64,000 bases of DNA from Nitrospirota bacterium (GTDB taxonomy: Bacteria; Nitrospirota; UBA9217), in contig CAVUCU010000001.1 in assembly GCA_963740085.1 (NCBI GenBank), positions 1,490,184 to 1,554,183 on the forward strand. Reading direction: 5' to 3'. The position numbers were made by a program, and so were the translations under genes. The notes beneath the pieces are model-generated. The model was not told the DNA's origin and did not search any database. It saw nothing but the letters and a program-made list of their open reading frames with translations. Each line of letters starts with the position of its first letter. The first letter of the stretch is position 1. Below, one piece after another: positions 31,360 to 41,550 of this stretch.

Positions 31360-31791
31360 GTGAAGGTTGAGCAGATATCCATATTCCTCGAGAACAAATC
31401 CGGCCGCCTTGCCGAGGTGACCGATATTCTTGCCAGGAACGGGATCAACTTGAGGGCCCTCTCCCTGGCCGATACTGCTGATTTCGGGATCTTCCGGCTG
31501 ATCGTCAGCGATACGGAAAAAGCGGTCACGCTTCTTAAGGACAAGAGGTTCACCGTCGCAAAAAATGAAGTTATAGCCGTGGAAGTGCCGGACCGGCCGG
31601 GCGGCCTCGCCGGGATCCTTGCCACCCTTCAGGGCAAGGGCATTAATGTTGAATACATGTATGCCTTCGTCCAGAAGAGCGAGGGCAACGCCGTCCTGAT
31701 ATTCCGGTTCGATGATATCGAGAAGGCCATCGATGCGCTGCGGAACGCAGACGTCAGGATCTTGGGCGGTGACGCTGTACAGAGATTGTAG
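31360..31791 (+). CDS. ACT-domain protein (two ACT repeats). Probable amino-acid-sensing regulatory subunit.
   Basis: GTG start with a GGAAGGAGG Shine-Dalgarno. [23 protein letters not shown] signature, repeated. Confidence 0.7.
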   Translation: MKVEQISIFLENKSGRLAEVTDILARNGINLRALSLADTADFGIFRLIVSDTEKAVTLLKDKRFTVAKNEVIAVEVPDRPGGLAGILATLQGKGINVEYMYAFVQKSEGNAVLIFRFDDIEKAIDALRNADVRILGGDAVQRL

Positions 31792-31842
31792 GATCATCCC
31801 CTGCCCAGTGCAGGGATATTATTCTCAGGAGGAGAAAAGACC

Positions 31843-32985
31843 ATGAGACTGTTGAAATTCGCAGCAATAGCAGCATGCATTCTCGCCCTGTCGATCACGA
31901 CGGCATGGGCGGGGAAATCTATCAAAGTAGGCGCTATCCTGGCCGTAACCGGACCTGCGTCGTTCCTCGGCGCACCCGAGGCAAAGACACTCGAGATGAT
32001 GGTCGAGGACATCAATGCCAAAGGAGGGATCAACGGCACCCGGGTGGAGCTGATCATCAAGGACTCGGGCGGCAGCCCTGAGAAGGCGATCTCATTTGCC
32101 AAACAGCTCATCGATGAAGAAAAGGTTTTCGCCATCATCGGCCCGTCCACCAGCGGCGAGACCATGGCCATCAAGAACATCGCTGAAGAAGGAAAGACCA
32201 TCCTGATTTCCTGCGCCGCTGCCGAGGTGATCGTGAACCCCGTGGCAAAGTATGTATTCAAGACTCCCCAGATGGACAAGGACGCAGTGATCCGGATCTT
32301 CCAGCAGATGAAGAAAATGAATATCTCCAAGATAGGCTTACTGTCTTCAAATACGGGCTTCGGCAAGGCAGGCAAGGAGCAGCTTGAAAAACTTGCTCCT
32401 GAATACGGCATCACCGTCGCGATCAGCGAGGTCTATGACAAAGCGGCCACGGACCTTACTGCTGAGGTGACGAAAGTAAAGGCCGCCAATGTGCAGGCGA
32501 TCGTGAACTGGTCCATCGAGCCGGCACAGGCAATCGTGATCAAGAACGCCCGCCAGATCGGCCTGACCATCCCGATCTTCCAGAGCCATGGCTTCGGCAA
32601 CATCGGGTATGTGAAGGCGGCCGGTTCTGCAGCCGAGGGTGTCATCTTCCCGGCTGGCCGACTGCTTGTTGCCGACACGCTTTCTGACAAGAACCCCCAG
32701 AAGGCGGTGCTTGAATCCTACAAAAAAGCCTACGAAACGAAATATAAGGAAGAGGTGAGCACCTTTGGCGGACATGCCTACGATGCCATGCTCATTCTCA
32801 CCCAGGCGATCAAAACCGCGGGACCGGACAAGGAAAAGGTCAGGACCGCTATCGAGAACATCAAAGGCCTGGTCGGCACGGCCGGCGTCTTCAACTTCTC
32901 GGCCACGGACCACAATGGTCTCGATCTCAACGCCTTTGAAATGCTGACCGTCAAGGACGGCAAGTTCACTGCGCTGGAAAAATAA
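31843..32985 (+). CDS. ABC transporter substrate-binding protein, LivK/LivJ-like (branched-chain/aromatic amino acids).
   Basis: Signal peptide. Type I periplasmic binding fold. 380 aa. Confidence 0.85.
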   Translation: MRLLKFAAIAACILALSITTAWAGKSIKVGAILAVTGPASFLGAPEAKTLEMMVEDINAKGGINGTRVELIIKDSGGSPEKAISFAKQLIDEEKVFAIIGPSTSGETMAIKNIAEEGKTILISCAAAEVIVNPVAKYVFKTPQMDKDAVIRIFQQMKKMNISKIGLLSSNTGFGKAGKEQLEKLAPEYGITVAISEVYDKAATDLTAEVTKVKAANVQAIVNWSIEPAQAIVIKNARQIGLTIPIFQSHGFGNIGYVKAAGSAAEGVIFPAGRLLVADTLSDKNPQKAVLESYKKAYETKYKEEVSTFGGHAYDAMLILTQAIKTAGPDKEKVRTAIENIKGLVGTAGVFNFSATDHNGLDLNAFEMLTVKDGKFTALEK

Positions 32986-33140
32986 CGCGCGATCAATCTC
33001 AGACAGGGAGTGTCCGGCAAGGCCGGGCACTCCTTGTTGTTTCGGAACATCGGTAACCGGTCGTCCTTATGAGCAGGACGTCCCCGGAAAGCCGCAATTG
33101 TATGCCGGATCTCTGTTCTGTAAGGAGGAGGAGACCCACC

Positions 33141-34283
33141 ATGGGGATCAGTAAGTTCATTGCGGTAATCGTTGCTGCCCTTTCGTTTCTTGCCGCTTCT
33201 GTCTTCGCCGAAGACTCGATCAAGGTCGGTGCCATTCTTGCGGTTACCGGACCGGCATCAAACCTCGGTGCGCCCGAGGCACGGACCCTCGAGATGCTCG
33301 CGGAGGATATCAATGCAAGGGGCGGCATCATCGGGAAAAGGGTCGAGCTCATTCTCAAGGACACCGGCGGCAGTCCCGAAAAAGCCGTCTCCTTTGCGAA
33401 GCAGCTGATAGAAGAAGATAAGGTGTTCGCCATCATTGGTCCATCCACCAGTGGTGAGACCATGGCGATCAAGAACCTTGCCGAAGCGGGAAAGACGATC
33501 CTTCTTTCCTGCGCAGCAGCCGAGGTCATCGTCAATCCACTCGGCAAATATGTTTTCAAGGTAGCGCCCAAAGACAGTTATGCCGCGATGAAGATCTTCC
33601 AGCAGATGAAAAAGATGAACATCTCGAAGATCGGCGTCCTTTCAAGCAATACGGGGTTCGGCAAGGCGGGCAAGGAACAGCTCGGGAAACTGGCGCCCGG
33701 GAACGGCATCCAGATCCTGATCAGCGAGGTCTATGATAAATCGGCAACGGACCTCACCGCCGAGGTCACCAAGCTCAGGACCAAAGGCGTACAGGCCATC
33801 GTGAACTGGTCCATAGAACCGGCGCAGGCCATCGTGATCAAGAATGCACGCCAGATCGGCCTGAAGTTGCCGATCTTCCAGAGCCACGGTTTTGCCAATA
33901 TCCAGTATGCTCAGGCAGCAGGTGTTGCCGCCGAGGGCGTGATCTTCCCGGCCAGCAGGATCATCGTTGCAGACCTGCTTCCCGATCGGCATCCGCAGAA
34001 ACCGGTCGTCATGGCGTACAAAAAGGCATATGAGACAAAATATGGCGAGGAGGTAAGCACGTTCGGCGGTCATGCCCATGACGCGCTGATGATCCTCGCC
34101 CGGGCCATCCGCGAGGGAGGCTATGACCGGGAAAAAGTGCGGGCCTCCATCGAGCACATCAGGGGATTCGTCGGCACCGCCGGTATTTTCTCCTTTTCTC
34201 CAACGGACCATAACGGCCTCGATATCGAATCCTTTGTCATGCTGACGGTAAAGAACGGCAAGTTCGCGTTGCTGGAGAAATAG
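33141..34283 (+). CDS. Second LivK-like substrate-binding protein, paralogue of 31843-32985 (about 75% identity).
   Basis: AGGAGGAGGAG Shine-Dalgarno before the ATG at 33141. Near-collinear alignment with the upstream paralogue. Confidence 0.85.
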   Translation: MGISKFIAVIVAALSFLAASVFAEDSIKVGAILAVTGPASNLGAPEARTLEMLAEDINARGGIIGKRVELILKDTGGSPEKAVSFAKQLIEEDKVFAIIGPSTSGETMAIKNLAEAGKTILLSCAAAEVIVNPLGKYVFKVAPKDSYAAMKIFQQMKKMNISKIGVLSSNTGFGKAGKEQLGKLAPGNGIQILISEVYDKSATDLTAEVTKLRTKGVQAIVNWSIEPAQAIVIKNARQIGLKLPIFQSHGFANIQYAQAAGVAAEGVIFPASRIIVADLLPDRHPQKPVVMAYKKAYETKYGEEVSTFGGHAHDALMILARAIREGGYDREKVRASIEHIRGFVGTAGIFSFSPTDHNGLDIESFVMLTVKNGKFALLEK

Positions 34284-34460
34284 AATCTTACCACGGAAAC
34301 ACGCAGTTTGAAATCCGAGGGAGGATGAACGCGTACGACTTGGCTATTGCGTCTCTCTTCCCTCGTCTTTCGTTCGTCATACCCGCGTATTTCCTCCGTA
34401 TCACCGCGCCTCTGCGGTAAATACTCGACTTTTCTTTTGTACACGGATGAGGAGTCTTTT

Positions 34461-35348
34461 TTGATCGAGTTGTTCTTCCAATACGTCGTTGCCGGCCTGA
34501 CCTATGGCTCCATCTACGCCATTGTCGGCATCGGGTTCAACATTATTTACAATACCACCGGGATCATCAACTTTGCCCAGGGCGAGTTCGTCATGCTCGG
34601 CGGCATGATCGCGGTGACCCTGTATGGTTTCCTGCCGCTTCCACTCGCGGTCCTCGGCGCTGTGCTGATCACGATGATCATCGGCGGATTGATCGAGATG
34701 GCCTTTATCCGGTGGCTCGTGAAGCCGTCGGTCCTGAGGATGATCATCATCACCATCGGCCTTTCCATCCTGATACGGGAAGCAGCGCTTTTCACCTGGG
34801 GCGAGGGAGTACGCTCCCTGCCCTACTTCACGGGGAACGAAATCTCCGCTCTCTCCCTCGGCAATGTCCGCATATCCCCGCAGGTCATCTGGAGCATCGG
34901 CGTCTGTTCGATCATCGTCCTTTCGCTGAACCTTTTTTTCAAACATACCATGCTCGGCAGGGAAATGCGCGCCTGCGCAGCGAACCGCGACGCCGCGTCA
35001 CTCTGCGGCATCCCGACAAGGAACATGATCACCCTTTCCTTTGTCCTCTCCGCCGGCATCGGTGCGCTGGCCGGGTGCGTTGTCTCGCCGATCACCTATA
35101 CGCAGTATAATATCGGTGCCGGTCTCGCCATCAAGGGCTTTACCGTTGCGATCCTCGGCGGCCTCGGCAACAGCATGGCCGCCGTGGCAGCAGGTTTCAT
35201 CCTCGGCATTCTCGAGTCCTTCAGCATCTGGGTCCTGCCGACCGCTTACAAGGACACGATCTCCATATCCATCCTGCTCGTCATGCTGTTCGTCAGGCCA
35301 AGCGGACTGTTTGGAAATAAAGAGGCCATGCGGCTAAAGGATTTTTGA
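34461..35348 (+). CDS. livH: Branched-chain amino acid ABC permease LivH.
   Basis: TTG start after GGATGAGGAG. LivH-like N-terminus (ELFFQYVVAGLTYGSIYAIVGIGFNIIYN). About 8 transmembrane segments. Confidence 0.8.
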   Translation: MIELFFQYVVAGLTYGSIYAIVGIGFNIIYNTTGIINFAQGEFVMLGGMIAVTLYGFLPLPLAVLGAVLITMIIGGLIEMAFIRWLVKPSVLRMIIITIGLSILIREAALFTWGEGVRSLPYFTGNEISALSLGNVRISPQVIWSIGVCSIIVLSLNLFFKHTMLGREMRACAANRDAASLCGIPTRNMITLSFVLSAGIGALAGCVVSPITYTQYNIGAGLAIKGFTVAILGGLGNSMAAVAAGFILGILESFSIWVLPTAYKDTISISILLVMLFVRPSGLFGNKEAMRLKDF

Positions 35349-36406
35349 TGAAGACCCCGCGATTTACCCCGATCCTGACCCTTGTTGCTGTGGTCACCCT
35401 TGTCCAGCTCCTGACGCTTGTGGTTGGAAAGGAGTTCTATCTCACGCAGCTCACGATGACGGCGTACTATTCGCTTATTGTGATCGGTCTCTGTCTCCTG
35501 ATGGGGTTTGCGGGACAGATCTCACTCGGCCACGCCGGCTTCTTCGCCATCGGCGGGTATACCTCGGCCGTACTCACGACGATGGACCTGTCAACCCACA
35601 AGGACGCTGTACTCGTCACGCTTCTCACCAGGCTTAATATTTTGACCAGCCGGCAGGACCTCTACGGCCAATCGCTTTTGAGCGTCCATCCCTGGGCTGC
35701 CTGCATCGTTGCCGCGCTGCTTGCGCTCGTGATTTCCTGGGCCATCGGCATCCCGGTGCTGAAGCTCAAGGGGCATTACCTCGCCATGGCGACACTGGGG
35801 TTCGGGACGATCATCTACAGCCTGGTGCTCGGGACCCAGAGCTTCGGCGCCGCTGACGGCATCTCCGGTGTCCCTCCTTTTCCATTACTGCCCGGCATCA
35901 GCGTGAGCGGGAGTTCGTCGCTCAGGGTTCAGAACTATTACTTTGCCTGGCTTCTCGTGACCGCGGCCATGATTCTGCTCGTGAATCTCATCCACTCCCG
36001 TGTCGGCCGCGCGCTCCGTGCGATCCATGGGGCCGAGGATGCCTCGAACGCCATGGGGGTTGACACGGCCCGATACAAGCTCTCCACCTTCATGCTGAGC
36101 GCCGTGCTCGCTGCGATCGCCGGGGTCTTTCTCACCCACTTCAACGGCGGCATTGGCCCATCCGAGGCATCGATCATTAAATCGGTACGCTACGTGGCCA
36201 TCGTTGCCGTCGGCGGCATGGGAAGCCTCTGGGGCACGCTCCTCATGAGCGTGGTCCTGAACTTTTTCTCGCTTCGCGGCTATTTCGGGACCTTTGATGA
36301 CGCCGTATTTGGGTCTATCCTGATTCTCATTATGCTCTTCGCGCCCGATGGCATCATCGGATCTGATCTGCGGGCAATGGTGAAAAAATTGAGCCAAAAA
36401 ATATGA
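35345..36406 (+). CDS. livM: Branched-chain amino acid ABC permease LivM.
   Basis: 353-aa polytopic protein. Overlaps the livH stop. Confidence 0.85.
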   Translation: MMKTPRFTPILTLVAVVTLVQLLTLVVGKEFYLTQLTMTAYYSLIVIGLCLLMGFAGQISLGHAGFFAIGGYTSAVLTTMDLSTHKDAVLVTLLTRLNILTSRQDLYGQSLLSVHPWAACIVAALLALVISWAIGIPVLKLKGHYLAMATLGFGTIIYSLVLGTQSFGAADGISGVPPFPLLPGISVSGSSSLRVQNYYFAWLLVTAAMILLVNLIHSRVGRALRAIHGAEDASNAMGVDTARYKLSTFMLSAVLAAIAGVFLTHFNGGIGPSEASIIKSVRYVAIVAVGGMGSLWGTLLMSVVLNFFSLRGYFGTFDDAVFGSILILIMLFAPDGIIGSDLRAMVKKLSQKI

Positions 36407-36533
36407 GCGGCAATAACAGAACCCTTAAATCTTTGAACCGCCAAGGCGCAAAGAACGCTGAGGTTTTTCATGCTAGGCCAGTGACGCGTCTCGTTTTCTT
36501 TGCGTTCTTCGCGTCTTCGCGGTATAGGTGTTT

Positions 36534-37298
36534 ATGCCACTTCTTGAAATAAAAAATATCAGCAAGCGCTTTGGCGGACTCCAGGCCGTGAAGGATGTGA
36601 GCTTTTCCGTTCAAGAGGGCAGCATCAAAGCCGTCATCGGGCCGAACGGAGCGGGAAAAACCACGCTGTTCAACCTTGTGTCCGGATTTTTATATCCGGA
36701 CGCCGGCGCCATTCTTTATCAGGGGGTGCCGATCAACGGGAAGGCTCCGTACGAGATCGCCGCGCACGGACTGTCTCGCACATTCCAGCACATCAAGCTC
36801 TTCGCCCACATGACCGCGCTCGAGAACGTCATGGTCGGCTGCCACGTCAGAAGCAGAGCGGGCTTTCTTGCGGGCATGCTGAACCTGCCCTGGACCTGGC
36901 GCGAAGAGCAGGAAATCCGCGACAGGGCGCATGCAATGATGGACCTTCTCGGGATCGCCAATCTTACCGGCGCCGAGGCCATGAGCCTCTCTTACGGCCA
37001 GCAGCGTGCCGTGGAACTTGCCCGCGCTCTGGCGGGCGGCCCGACCATGCTGTTGCTCGACGAACCGGCAGCCGGCCTCAATATGCGCGAAACGGCGGAC
37101 GTAGCAAAACTGATCGCCAGGATCCGCAACCTTGGCATCACCGTTTTGATCGTTGAACACGATATGTCCCTCGTTATGAACATCTCCGACGAGATCGTCG
37201 TGCTGAGCTACGGTGAAAAGATCGCCGACGACGTTCCCCATGCAGTACAGACCAATCCCGAGGTCGTCCGTGTCTATCTGGGAGAGGACGATGCTTAA
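36534..37298 (+). CDS. livG: ABC ATP-binding protein LivG.
   Basis: Walker [17 protein letters not shown] signature and Walker B LLLDEPAAG. Alternative GTG start at 36528. Confidence 0.9.
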   Translation: MPLLEIKNISKRFGGLQAVKDVSFSVQEGSIKAVIGPNGAGKTTLFNLVSGFLYPDAGAILYQGVPINGKAPYEIAAHGLSRTFQHIKLFAHMTALENVMVGCHVRSRAGFLAGMLNLPWTWREEQEIRDRAHAMMDLLGIANLTGAEAMSLSYGQQRAVELARALAGGPTMLLLDEPAAGLNMRETADVAKLIARIRNLGITVLIVEHDMSLVMNISDEIVVLSYGEKIADDVPHAVQTNPEVVRVYLGEDDA

Positions 37299-38016
37299 GA
37301 TCCGCAATCTCGATGCCGGATACGGCGGCCTGACCGTTCTGCGGCGACTTTCGCTCCATGTGAAATCAGGCGAGATCGTCACGATCATCGGCGCGAACGG
37401 CGCGGGCAAGACCACGCTTCTCAAGACCATTATGGGTCTGCTCCGGGCCCAGGCGGGCGAGATCGTGTTCAACGACCGGGACATCGGACGCGTTCCGACG
37501 GAGCGGATCGTTTTTAACGGATGTTCACTCGTACCTGAAGGCAGGCAGGTGTTTCCCGCCATGCCGGTCAAGGAGAACCTGTTGCTCGGCGCATACGTCC
37601 AGTTCAAGCGCGGCAACAGGCATGAGGTGGAGGGCGATCTCGGGCGAATCTACAGCCTCTTCCCGGTGCTGAAGCAGCGCGAAAAGCAGCTTGCAGGCAC
37701 GCTGTCCGGCGGCGAGCAACAGATGCTTGCCATAGGCAGGGCGCTCATGGCGCGGCCGAAGCTTGTCATGCTCGATGAACCTTCCATGGGCCTGGCGCCG
37801 CTCATGGTGAAAGATATCTTCAACATTATCGTAAAGCTCCGCGACGAGGGAAATACGGTGCTGCTGGTGGAGCAGAACGCGCGAAGTGCGCTCAAGATCG
37901 CAAACCGCGGCTACGTGCTCGAAACGGGCAGGATCATCCTCTCAGGAGAGGCCGAAGACCTGCTCGCGAACCGGGATGTGCAGCGGGCGTATCTTGGCAG
38001 AGATATCAACGAATAA
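37291..38016 (+). CDS. livF: ABC ATP-binding protein LivF.
   Basis: Walker [10 protein letters not shown], signature [11 protein letters not shown] overlaps the livG stop (ATGCTTAA). Confidence 0.9.
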   Translation: MLKIRNLDAGYGGLTVLRRLSLHVKSGEIVTIIGANGAGKTTLLKTIMGLLRAQAGEIVFNDRDIGRVPTERIVFNGCSLVPEGRQVFPAMPVKENLLLGAYVQFKRGNRHEVEGDLGRIYSLFPVLKQREKQLAGTLSGGEQQMLAIGRALMARPKLVMLDEPSMGLAPLMVKDIFNIIVKLRDEGNTVLLVEQNARSALKIANRGYVLETGRIILSGEAEDLLANRDVQRAYLGRDINE

Positions 38017-38119
38017 ATCGCGAGGGACGATAGACGAAGGACGATTGAGGCTTAAATTCTTTTTCGTCCCTCGTCAATCGTCCGTCATCTTTTGTATTTT
38101 TCTAACAGCGGAGGTGGTC

Positions 38120-39424
38120 ATGTCGACCTATTGGCAGCCTGAAAGCGAATGTATGGACCGGAAAGAGCTGGAGCAGCTGCAGCTTGAACGGCTCGAGGCC
38201 ACCCTGAGCCGGGTGTACATGAACGTCCCCTTTTACCGGAAAAAGTTCGACGAGGTCAAGTTCAACCCCGATGACCTTCGCTCTCTCAATGACCTGAGCA
38301 GGCTGCCCTTCACGACAAAAAACGACCTCCGGGAAAACTATCCGTATGGACTTTTTGCCGTGCCGCTCCGGGAGGTCGTCCGGATCCACGCTTCGTCGGG
38401 GACGACCGGGATGTCAACCGTCGTGGGCTATTCGAAGAATGACATCAAGACGTGGTCGAACCTGGTAGCGAGGGTTCTGGCGGCCGGCGGCATCACCAAG
38501 GATGATGTCATTCAGATTGCATTCAACTACGGCCTTTTCACCGGCGCCTTCGGCCTTCACTACGGCGCCGAACGGCTCGGTGCCTCCGTCATACCCGTTT
38601 CGAGCGGCAATACGCGCCGCCAGATCAAGCTCATGCAGGACTTCAAGACCACGGCTCTGGTGAGCACTCCCAGCTATGCCATGATGATCGCTGACACGAT
38701 GATGGAAATGGGCGTCAACCCCAACTCCCTCTCCCTCAAGTACGGCCTTTTTGGCGCGGAGCCCTGGTCCGATTCCATGCGCAAAGAAATTGAAGGCAAG
38801 CTCAAGATCGTGGCTACGGACAATTACGGTCTCTCCGAAGTGATGGGGCCCGGCGTTGCCGGAGAGTGTTTGGAACGAAACGGTCTGCACATTGCTGAAG
38901 ACCACTTCCTCGTCGAGTGGATCAATCCGGACACTCTTGAGCCGGTCAAACCCGGAGAGATCGGAGAAATGGTCATCACCACGCTGACCAAGGAAGCCTT
39001 CCCGGTCATCCGGTACCGGACCCGCGATCTGACCCGTCTCATTCCTGAACCCTGCCCCTGCGCCAGGACCATGAGGAGGATGACGCGGGTGTACGGCAGG
39101 ACCGACGACATGCTGATCATTCGCGGTGTGAATGTGTTTCCGCAGCAGATTGAGAACGTGCTGTTCGAGATCGAAGGAGTTGCCCCGCATTATCAGATCA
39201 TCGTCGATCGCAAGGGCGCGCTTGATGAGACGACGGTAAATGTTGAAGTATCGGAGTCCATGTTCTTCGACGAGATGAAAAAGCAAAGTGAGCTGAAAGA
39301 AACCATCAAGAAGCGTCTTGCCTCGGAGCTCGGCATCTCCGTCGACGTGAAACTTGTGGAGAAAAAAACGCTGGAGCGGTTCGAGGGAAAAGCGAAGCGG
39401 GTCGTCGATAATCGTAAATTCTAA
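38120..39424 (+). CDS. Phenylacetate-CoA ligase-like (PaaK family) adenylate-forming enzyme.
   Basis: GGAGGTGG Shine-Dalgarno and ATG at 38120. SSGTTG P-loop-like motif. About 435 aa, PaaK length. Confidence 0.85.
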   Translation: MSTYWQPESECMDRKELEQLQLERLEATLSRVYMNVPFYRKKFDEVKFNPDDLRSLNDLSRLPFTTKNDLRENYPYGLFAVPLREVVRIHASSGTTGMSTVVGYSKNDIKTWSNLVARVLAAGGITKDDVIQIAFNYGLFTGAFGLHYGAERLGASVIPVSSGNTRRQIKLMQDFKTTALVSTPSYAMMIADTMMEMGVNPNSLSLKYGLFGAEPWSDSMRKEIEGKLKIVATDNYGLSEVMGPGVAGECLERNGLHIAEDHFLVEWINPDTLEPVKPGEIGEMVITTLTKEAFPVIRYRTRDLTRLIPEPCPCARTMRRMTRVYGRTDDMLIIRGVNVFPQQIENVLFEIEGVAPHYQIIVDRKGALDETTVNVEVSESMFFDEMKKQSELKETIKKRLASELGISVDVKLVEKKTLERFEGKAKRVVDNRKF

Positions 39425-39524
39425 ATCCCAAACGCTAGATCCGAAACAATATCGAATGAAAAAAATATCAAAGAAAGGTTCAGCACGTCTTGGAGATTAG
39501 AACTTCGTGCTTAGGATTTGCCGC

Positions 39525-40334
39525 ATGAATTACATCGACTTTCATACCCATGTCTTCCCGGACAAGATCGCCAAGGCTGCAATGGACGCGCTCGCCTCGG
39601 AGTCCGGCACCTATCGTCCACGAACGGACGGGACCCTGCAGGGTTTGCTCGACTCGATGGAACGAGCGAACATCTCCGCAAGCCTGGTGGCGAACATCGC
39701 GACGAAACCGACCCAGCTTTTTCCGGTCCTTGATTTCTGCAAGCAGATGAAGAGCGACCGCATCCATCCGCTGGTCTCGTTTCACCCCACCAATGATCCG
39801 GATGACGTTGAGGATATGCTGGGCGAAGCCCAGCGGGCGGGCATCCGTGGAGTCAAGCTTCACCCCATGTACCAGCGCTTTTTCATCGACAGCAAACATA
39901 TGTACGGCTTTTATGAGCTCATCGCCAGCTTCGGCTTCTATATCATATTCCACACCGGATACGACATCGCCTTTCCCGACAATACCCAGGCGGACGTGGA
40001 ACGCGTAAAAAAAGTGGCCGATTGGTTCAAGGACCTCACCATCGTGTGCACGCATGTCGGGGGATGGAAGCAATGGGACCGGATCCATTGTCTCAGCGAC
40101 TGCAAGAATGTTTACACCGAGACGTCGATGACCTTGAGCGAAGTAAGCGACGAAGAGTTCATCAGACTCATCGGGCACTTTGATGAGGACCGGGTCCTGT
40201 TCGGGAGCGACAGTCCCTGGACGGACCAGAAGGAAATGCTGGAGCGAACACTGCATTTGAAGATAGCTGACAGGGCGAAAGAGAAGATGCTGTACACGAA
40301 TGCCGCCGTTCTTCTTGGCTTGAATAAGCCATGA
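39525..40334 (+). CDS. Metal-dependent amidohydrolase family (TIM-barrel) protein.
   Basis: N-terminal IDFHTHVFP metal-binding motif. 270 aa. Confidence 0.75.
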   Translation: MNYIDFHTHVFPDKIAKAAMDALASESGTYRPRTDGTLQGLLDSMERANISASLVANIATKPTQLFPVLDFCKQMKSDRIHPLVSFHPTNDPDDVEDMLGEAQRAGIRGVKLHPMYQRFFIDSKHMYGFYELIASFGFYIIFHTGYDIAFPDNTQADVERVKKVADWFKDLTIVCTHVGGWKQWDRIHCLSDCKNVYTETSMTLSEVSDEEFIRLIGHFDEDRVLFGSDSPWTDQKEMLERTLHLKIADRAKEKMLYTNAAVLLGLNKP

Positions 40335-40469
40335 GGGATCCTCATATTAAAAACGTATGGGGTTGTCCCATACGTTACTTATCGAAGCGAGAAAAGGGCG
40401 GTTCGTTGTCGAGTCATCACGCGAACTTCTCATCAATGATCGACAGCGCGAACCTTGAACGAGCCCTGA

Positions 40470-40911
40470 AATCACGTTATGAAAAAAATTGTGCTGGCGG
40501 AAAACATTAACGCGGTCCTGAGAAAGAAGAACCGTTTCCCGGACCGGGGGATTTGCGCGTCTTCATCGCGACAACGACTGACGAGGTGCTGCGGATCCAT
40601 CGGACGGTCCGCGCGGACCTGATCATCATCCCTCTCGATATGCCCGGAATCGATAGTGAGGAGCTCTGCTCCCTCCTCAGGCAGGATGCGGAAAAGGGTG
40701 CGGTCCCGTCATCATGGTCTGTGCGCACGCCCGGAGAGCGATCGAACAAAACACCGTGGACATCCTGATCAAAGCGGGGTATGAACCGGGAATCGCAGTG
40801 ATGAAGCGAAGATTTCAGGGACACCTGCTGAAGCTTACTTCTCTTGCGCCCTGCCTGCCGAAAAAGCCTTCTGATTTATCTCAAGCACTTTTTTGGGGAC
40901 CGTGTTCTTGA
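40470..40911 (+). pseudogene. Single-domain response regulator (CheY-like REC) disrupted by two single-nucleotide deletions.
   Basis: The REC domain is split over three reading frames: MKKIVLAENINAV... (frame of 40470), ...DLIIIPLDMPGIDSEEL... (frame of 40553) and ...IMVCAHARRAIEQNTVDILIKAGY... (frame of 40714). Frame shifts occur at a G5 run (about 40548) and at about 40700. Confidence 0.5.
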
Positions 40912-41413
40912 TCGCTTCGAGAATGACCGACTCCTTGAGCGGCAGAAACTTGAGCGCCGCACCGAGCAGCACGAGATTGAGCGTGCGCTTGTCCCCGGCT
41001 GCGACCGCGAGTTCCGTCCCATCGAAAGGCATGACGGTCTTGACGCGATCCTTGATGACCGTATTAATATCGGCCGGATATTTTTCCACCGCGATGGAAA
41101 CGCCGATCGTGCCGATGGACCGGGTATTGTAAATGACCACGCCGTCATCCTTGAGGAAATGAATATACCGCGCGGTCTCGAGGGGCTCGAACCCGATCAG
41201 CAGGTCGGCCTCTCCCTCACTCACGATCGGCGAAAAGACCTTGTCTCCGAACCGCACTTGCGACAGCACGCTGCCGCCGCGCTGGGCCATGCCGTGAACC
41301 TCGCTCTGCTTCACATCGAGACCCGCGAGGAGCGCCGCCTCGGCAATGACCTTGCTCGTCAGGAGCACGCCCTGTCCTCCTACGCCGCTGATTAGAATAT
41401 TAAAAACATCCAC
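40835..41413 (-). CDS. iorB: Indolepyruvate:ferredoxin oxidoreductase beta subunit.
   Basis: 192 aa. N-terminal ISGVGGQGVLLTSK motif. Follows iorA. Confidence 0.85.
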   Translation of the reverse strand: MDVFNILISGVGGQGVLLTSKVIAEAALLAGLDVKQSEVHGMAQRGGSVLSQVRFGDKVFSPIVSEGEADLLIGFEPLETARYIHFLKDDGVVIYNTRSIGTIGVSIAVEKYPADINTVIKDRVKTVMPFDGTELAVAAGDKRTLNLVLLGAALKFLPLKESVILEAIKNTVPKKVLEINQKAFSAGRAQEK

Positions 41414-41550
41414 GCGTTGAACTCCTTTACTGCGTATATGCGTTGATGCGAATATGGGTAAATGCGTTAAAGCATAGAATCCCGAATCTACGTTTTTTTA
41501 TATCCGTGTCTTTACGCATAAACGCATCCTCGCATTAACACTTCCCCGCT

